Shown here one piece after another: positions 56,129 through 64,000 of a DNA stretch of 64,000 nt. The notes under the pieces are model-generated. The model did not search any database, was not told the origin of the DNA, and saw only the letters and a program-made list of their open reading frames with translations. The translations under genes and the position numbers were made by a program. Within the stretch, counting starts at the first letter, position 1, and each line of letters begins with the position of its first letter. The stretch is from Chrysomallon squamiferum (Eukaryota; Animalia; Mollusca). The DNA is taken from assembly GCA_012295275.1 (NCBI GenBank), contig CM022674.1, positions 11,098,001 to 11,162,000 on the forward strand, read 5' to 3'.

Positions 56129-59100
56129 AAAGTATTTGTTTGATATTTAAACTTCAAAATTTTAAATTAAAAGATTCCTTTTATTATCTACTTTTTAATT
56201 TTTTAAATTAATAAATTATATAATATTAAATGCTATTAAATTAATATGAAAATTTTTTGTTAGTAAATTTCTTTATAGTATGAGGTAATAATTGTTACCT
56301 TTGCTACAGGTATTTCCAGTTTAAATATTTGTAAAATTAGAATGAATCAAATCTGAAATATAATGAAAAATATTGCTTGTTTTCATTTTATTTATTTATT
56401 TGTTTATGTATTTATGTATGTATGTACGTATTTATTAAACCTTTGTATTTGTTTATTAATCTTTGAACTATTTACTAAATTACCATATCAAATACACTAT
56501 GTATCTATCATCTGCCTGTGACTTATATTCTGTTACCAAATGATTATTATTTGAAATGGTTCAACGAGCAACCTGTATGATATTTCAGACACTAATGTAT
56601 GAAAACTGGGTAAGTGGAATATAATATTATAACAAACAATTGGTTTATCTGAATAATCTCTGATACAGAATATAATATTGCTGTTATGGCCTAAGATTTT
56701 TATACACACGTAAATCTAAGAATTAAAAAGTATTTTTAAATATAGTTTTAAATATAAAACAACAGCAGTTTAAAAAAAGAAAAAGATTAATGATTCTGCA
56801 GCAGATAATTAGCACAGTGTAAAAACTCCATTAGTTGCAACTGGTTGCATCAAACAATTAATTAGTGTGAAAATGCCTTTAGTTGTTTCTGCTTCTTCAT
56901 CAGTTTAATAAAATCATTAAAACTTTGATGATTTCATAAATTTCCCAACTTGTTGAAATTCCAAATCCCAACACATTTGGAACTGTGTGTATCTGTCAAC
57001 ACACTGGTAACTACATTGTCAAAATAGAAAAATTCCTTCAAGGTTTGTTTTTTATATTTGAATGATCTGCTGTCTTCAAAACATACCTGTCTGCACTAAT
57101 TAATCACAGGTAGATGACAGGTGAATTATCTCCCAGGTTGTACTGTTCTCAAGTTCATAGATATTCAGAAATGTTTCCATAAATCAAAGACAGATATCAG
57201 ACATCAAAACAAGTTTACTAACAAGATCCTTCCAGTATAATTTTGCTCTTGTTTCAAGGCCAACTTCTGTTTGGTTTTAATTTAAAAAAGAAATGTAACA
57301 AAAATTAAAATACTATACTGAAGTCCTTATTAATACAATGATCCTTTGAAAGGTGAGCACAATATCTAGTAAAATAAAGAGAAACAAATCTGACCCTCTA
57401 AAAGTCAGACTGTTCAGGCTTTTTGTTGACTGAATTTTTAATAATAATAAATTCAAATGCAGATATCCATGAGGACATGTAACATGAATTTTCAAATAAA
57501 CAAATACTGTTATTTACCCATGTCCACTATTAAGAGGTGCTGTATTGCAAAGATGTTGACTTCAAATCCAGCCTTTAGAACCTATCTCTCAGATTGAAGA
57601 GCACATAGAGTTTTTTGTTAGGCTTATTGTAATGAAATATAGGACACTGTTGATGCATGTACTTGAACTGTCTTCAGTTCATTTGTTTTCTTTCAAAGTA
57701 TTTGTAAAAAGATTCTCTTGTTACAGAGTCTGTAATCCAAATGTGCCTTTCTGCTTAGAATAAATCCACTTTTCTTTTATAAAAAATTTCAAAACTTTTC
57801 AGCTGTGAAGATAAACAGTATTGCTATCATGTGTCTTCCTATAAACTGTGGCCTTCAAAAATGAAATAAAAACTTTTTTTTCTAGAAACTGTTTTTCAAA
57901 ATATCTGTGATGCTCTCACTTTAAAACATTTCCAGAATTAACAAAAATATGTGTATTTAAATAACAAAACCTACCATCACACATACTTCTAAAAATATGT
58001 CCTTCAGAAGAAAACACAAAACTTTGTTCCTTTAGACACTGCTCACAGGATGATTGATGTATGCCACTCAAATTCACATCCATTCATGAATTCTTGAATT
58101 AAACATAGGTAAACATCCTGTAGTGCAAATTCTTGTTCAAACCACACTCTAAAAAAATTGTGAATTCCTGTAGAAAAATTCCTGATCAAATTCAAACAAT
58201 CTATAACACTTCAAAAAAAATTTCAGTTTTGTCAACAAGAAAAAGAGGTAAAAACCCAGAATATCAAGTTTTTCTTTGAACCATATCACCCAGAACTAAA
58301 ACAAATTGTCAATTCCTGTAGAAACATTTCTGATCTAATTCCAGTCACAGTATAAAGAGCAAAAAAAAAAAAAGAAGAAAATTCAAGTTTCTCATCAATA
58401 AAACAATTCAATCACAAACTGCATCTCTGAGAACTGAAACAAATCGTGCATTTCTGTAGAGAAATCTCTGACGTTTCCTAATCAAGTTCACGCCTGCTTA
58501 TCAAGATGTCTACAACGCTGTCAACAGTCGCCTTCTACTTCAGTGTGTTACCTCTTGACACAGTCCACTACAACCACCACCCGACCCAGAACTGACAAAC
58601 TCTCCACTGAGCAGATCCGCGGGCTTACAAAAACAAGGTCTGTATCCTACGTGTTACAGCAGTGATTGATAAAAATCAGGGTAAAACAGGTTTCACTGCA
58701 CAGAGACAGACCCCTGTCACATGTACCCTAGATACGAAGCGATGGTTTTATACTAACAACTACTGGAAAGGGATCAAAGAGGATTGTCAAAAAAAAAAAA
58801 AAAAAGAAAAAAAAGGAATGAATGAAAGAGTATCAAGAAAATACAAAAAAGAATAAAAATAAAAAAACAACATATTAGGAAGACGATTTCAGTGAAGCCA
58901 TTTTGTGACAACAGGACAATGTTTTTCCAGTGAACCAGCTTGACTGGAAAGAGTGAATGTTAGAAGATTTTCCATGTGATTATTGTTGGCTAACAAACAC
59001 CCAAGGGTTTGTGGGTATCTCACAATGTGACTTGTGTGTAGTTTATTGTTAATACATACCATTAAACTGCTGCTGTGTACAACTATGAAAGTAATGCACA

Positions 59101-59333
59101 GTGAAGCAAAAGATATGTGTAATTTTTCACACTCTGTTGTACATAATGTAAATATGTACTGACAGCTTGTAAAATATCACCTTGAAATATTTTATTGTTT
59201 TCTCTTGAAATATTTCTAAAGGTAAACATTTATTAATGTACACTGAAACAAGTTATTTCATTTCATACTTTAGTATACAGAAAAATATACCTACAAGCAT
59301 ATCGATAGAGATAAACAGACAAATACATACATC

Positions 59334-59378
<45 letters not shown>

Positions 59379-59502
59379 ACACACACACACAGACATACAC
59401 ACATACATAGATACATAACATTATACACACACATGCATGAACTCACATATACATATATAAAATAACTATTATACAAATCTATAATAATCACACATGTAAA
59501 CA

Positions 59503-59538
<36 letters not shown>

Positions 59539-60006
59539 ATTTAAATAAAATAAAAATAAATACAAATTCAAAAATAAGAATTCTTCAACATCCACCAGCT
59601 GTCTTAGTAACTGACAGAAAATGATGACAAATGATCAGTCTTTGTGTGTCATTTGCACCTGCTTCGTGTTAAGCTTTTCAGTAAAATGTCATGTTCCACA
59701 CATTTACCTTGACAGTGTGCTACCTTTAATTATTTATATATACACGCACAGGTATCATGAATTCTGATGTCATGTTTTACTCGTTTACCTTGATAAAGTG
59801 CTACCTTTAACTCTTTTTTGACCTGAAAACAAAGGTATGAAGAAATTTTGATGTCATGTTCTATGTATTTAACTTTTTAAAGTGTTACCTTTGATCACAC
59901 AGGTGTCATACAAGAAGGACTAATTCTTTGGAGCATCACACTTTAAGCAATCACAGTAGTTAAATGTAATCTCTGTATATCTACACACAGAGAGGCATGC
60001 ATGCAT

Positions 60007-60007
<1 letters not shown>

Positions 60008-60042
<35 letters not shown>

Positions 60043-60044
60043 CA

Positions 60045-60123
<79 letters not shown>
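60008..60123. repeat. (CA)n microsatellite
   Basis: Direct reading. Confidence 0.95.
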
Positions 60124-60124
<1 letters not shown>

Positions 60125-60268
60125 TACACTCACATTTGTCAGTTTATGCATCTGCATCCATCTCTATTTTAATGTTTATATTTACATATTACATATTGAC
60201 ATTATATTTACTATAGATATTACTACTATTATAATTATCATCTTATCACTGAGATTACTACTACCACC

Positions 60269-60311
<43 letters not shown>

Positions 60312-60384
60312 TTACAATTGTGTCTGAAACTGCCATTACTACTGCTACTTCTACTACTATTGTAGTTGTTACTATAATTACTAC

Positions 60385-60415
<31 letters not shown>

Positions 60416-60760
60416 TTATTTTTATTATTAAGTAGTAAACAAGTACATAAAATGATTTGGTACATGTGATCAATAAGAAAATAACCTTTATATATGTGTT
60501 ATGTATCTAAATGTTTGAAGAGAAAAGAAGAGAAAAGAGTTTACAAAATGAAGAAGCCTCTGTCTGAACTGTTGATTACTTTTTTTATGTGTTTGTGTAT
60601 TTGTAGTCTTCACAAAACATTTCACAACCTGCTTAGCCTGTTCCACTTCACTGATTTCACACACAGAGCAGAGACGAAAATAATGAAAAATTCACTGAGG
60701 CGAAGATGATAAAGATGAGTTTTTAAAGTGACAGTGTTCAAATACATACATGGATATGCA

Positions 60761-60801
<41 letters not shown>

Positions 60802-61734
60802 ACATATTCTCATTCTAATATTAACACAAGCACATGTCTACACACAGATACTCACACACATACACATTCCTTCAAACACAAAGACACATACATTCACACA
60901 CATAAACACACACACACACAAAATACACACTAATACAAACACACATAATAAGCACACACGCAAACACACACTCTCTCTAATGTAGACACACATAATACAC
61001 ACACACACGTTTTAACACAGACACACACACTCTAGTAGAGAGACACAGACACTCATGGACACAATACTGGACTTTCTTCAAGTTTTTATCAGGAAATCTG
61101 GTGAAATACTGCGAAACAATTTTAAAAATCAGTCAGCCAAAGAAAATAGGTCTCTGGCATAGTTTGATTTTTAAAATGTAAAGTCAGCTTGTCAAGAATG
61201 ACTTGAATCGGAAACCACTTATAAATTATATAACAAAAATCTACACAGATTTCTGAGCACATAATTACACTACATTCTAAAGGGGATAGAAAAATTGGAT
61301 CTATTTGTGTCATGTGAGGTCAGATATTTTTTCTTTTTCTTTTTTCTTTCCTTTCATTTCTTTTTTCATTCATTTCATATTTTAACTATAATGGAAAGGT
61401 AACTAAGTATTTTCCTATCAGTTATCTGACAAGTCCTATTTTCATTCAGTCATGTTTAAGCAGATTTGATATGGAAGCTCCACCTCTTGGCATTCATTGA
61501 GTAAAAGATATTTTTCTTTCTTCTTACACATTTCATACATTCCTTAATTTATTTATTTAATAAATAAACATTTTAAATTTTTAAATAAACATTGCTAAGA
61601 TGTGTGTATTGACATTTTGTGTAGCTCTCTCTCTTTCAACTGAGTAGGGGGAGGTATATCTGTATGTACAGACAAACATATATATACAATACAAACAGAA
61701 TACATACAGAGACATATAATTTTATATCTAAGTA

Positions 61735-61775
<41 letters not shown>

Positions 61776-63455
61776 CTAACTGTGTTTTGTATTTTTGTTG
61801 TTTACATGTATATAGTATTAATGATATGTATTTTATTTTATTTTTGTTTTGTTTTTTAAATATAAATCCATTACTAGCAGTCACTAATTTAAAGATTTAC
61901 TTCAAGTACGCCAGTTCTCATGTTTCTAACAACTGTATTACACACACCACTGCTTCACAACAACAAACACAAAGATTAAAATCTTCACTAAAATTCACAA
62001 CCTCAGCTTTTTCTAAACAAGCTGGAGACAGGAAAGAAGCCATTTTGTAATCAGTTTCAGTGATCAGAACACAGTACATTGTGTTAACATTGTGTTACAT
62101 TGTGTTTATCTCTTTCAGTAAGGTGTAGTTACAACAACTATGTATGACAATGTAGAGCTGTTGAAACAATGTTTCACTGTGTAAAAACTACAGTAAGCAC
62201 ATTGTTCCACTAACAGTGCATTAGTCAAGCAAAGACTGATAGCGAGACAAGGGAAATTATGAATAATCAGAGACAGGGATGGTTTCTTTTGATCCCTTTA
62301 GATAACTTTTGTCATTGATGAACAAATTAAGGAAGGAAATGTTTTATCCGTCAGTCCACTCATCATGTTTTACTCAGAGTAACGGGATGTCAGGAACAGT
62401 TATGATTAAGGATGACTCCAGTAACAAGAGAAGAAACAGCTTTTATGACTTCAAAGGTTACTCTTTCGGGTTAGCAGAAAGTGATATTTTACAAACACCT
62501 ACCCATAGATGAACAAACCATGGCTTTGTTAAATCAGTAATGGAGCAGAGGTTGAAACAAACAAAATAATCAAAATAAATAAGTAAATAAATAAAAAAGT
62601 TAATAAAAAAGCTCAACCCATGACCTGATACTCCACCACAAAGCTAAATCCTGCTATGTATGAGAAAATGTGCATTCAATCTGACTCTGAAATGTTTATT
62701 TTTCTTTTCATATTTTGCAGGATCAATCTTTCTCAGTATTTGTATAACTGATTTATCAAAGGCTGTGGTATCTGCTAACATTAAATCAGTGTACTCCATT
62801 CTAGACATACAGAGATAAACATTTTGTGATATATATTATTCCTTTGTCTTTTTCTTTTTTCTTTTTTCTTTGGTTTTTATATATAATTAAGAAAACAACT
62901 ATTGGCTGTTAGGTCAAAAATAAATATATATATTTTTTTTTATATAGTGAACTGATTTAGAAACAAAAAAGAAAAAAAAAACAGTCAGCTGTCAACCTGT
63001 ACTGGAAATATCATCATAATCATTACCAATGTTATAAAAACCACTGACTGACAACAAGTATTAATTTTTTTTTATTGTACATTTTGTCTTAAAATTAGGT
63101 CATATGTAAAACAAACAGACAGATACGTAGAAAATGTGACAGTATAGATTCAGCATGTAATACAATTCTGAAGTAGGTTCTGAAGAAAAAAAAAATAAAT
63201 ACAGTTACCTTCTTAGCCACTGTTACTCCCAGCTCAAAACATGTTCTGATTTTAGTCAGAACAAGTTAATAGTTTGGACATTCCATGTAAAAACAAATAC
63301 CTGTATAGTCAAGTGTATACCTGAGTAGGGAGGTTAATGATTTTAACCCTTTAACTGATAACAATTTCTACAATTGATGTCTGTGGTCATTTGTGACAGA
63401 GAAAGAAAAATTCATGTGAGAAAATTATTAGAGAAATACAGGAGGTTGTCAAGTG

Positions 63456-63555
<100 letters not shown>

Positions 63556-64000
63556 TCAAACAACATGTCAGTGACAAATTAAACATGAAAGTGAAAAGAA
63601 AAGAAACAGATTAAAAAAACCCATTAAAACCCCCCACTTTTATTTGAAATACTATGTATTCATCAAATTGAATGTTCAAATTATTTGCCCCCGTAGCAGC
63701 AAAAGATATTTTTATTATACACTTTCCCAATGACATGAAAACACCTACCTTACCAATGGCTTCAACAACATGAATCCTTTAAAGAAGAAAGGATTGAACT
63801 GGGAAGAAATCTTAATCAATTATTTTATTATATAGACTCTGAGACCATTAATATAACATCAGAAAGCAGGGAGGTAATAACATCATACCAAACACAAGGG
63901 TGATAACCTTGTCAGGGGAGGTAATTAAAATGTACACATGACCTTTAAAACACACAAAGTATTATGCAAAGTTTTGAGTTAATTGTTACAGAATGAAATA

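Noticed and set aside
55761-56150. Plus-strand ORFs of 129 and 77 aa
   Set aside because: Antisense shadows of the minus-strand coding exon.
63209-63245. Possible upstream exon TCFELGVTVAKK ending AAG|gtaact in phase 0
   Set aside because: Poor pyrimidine tract and no partner exon in the window. Not distinguishable from chance.

Overview
This is AT-rich, microsatellite-dense, CpG-poor animal genomic DNA. An invertebrate, possibly molluscan, origin is my inference from style only. Nearly all long ORFs in the supplied track are artefacts of simple repeats. The window holds the 5' part of one large minus-strand gene, a PLEKHG5/Syx-like RhoGEF. Ten GT-AG exons between 56128 and 13101 splice in phase into an open 593-codon frame: basic/acidic disordered N-terminus, Cys/His (CHHPEC...CxxCD) motif, Lys-rich linker, RBD-like ubiquitin-fold region, and Ser-rich linker. 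The DH-PH exons are not visible and presumably lie left of position 1. The most notable structure is in the 22-kb phase-1 intron (18080-40210). It carries a cluster of candidate ATG-initiated alternative first exons ending in phase-1 donors that match the common acceptor at 18079, plus a candidate terminal exon ending in a PDZ-ligand-like TSLV*. A further phase-0 alternative first exon (1554-1658), candidate microexons or poison exons and several minisatellites are also present. All isoform calls are sequence-only predictions that need transcript data.
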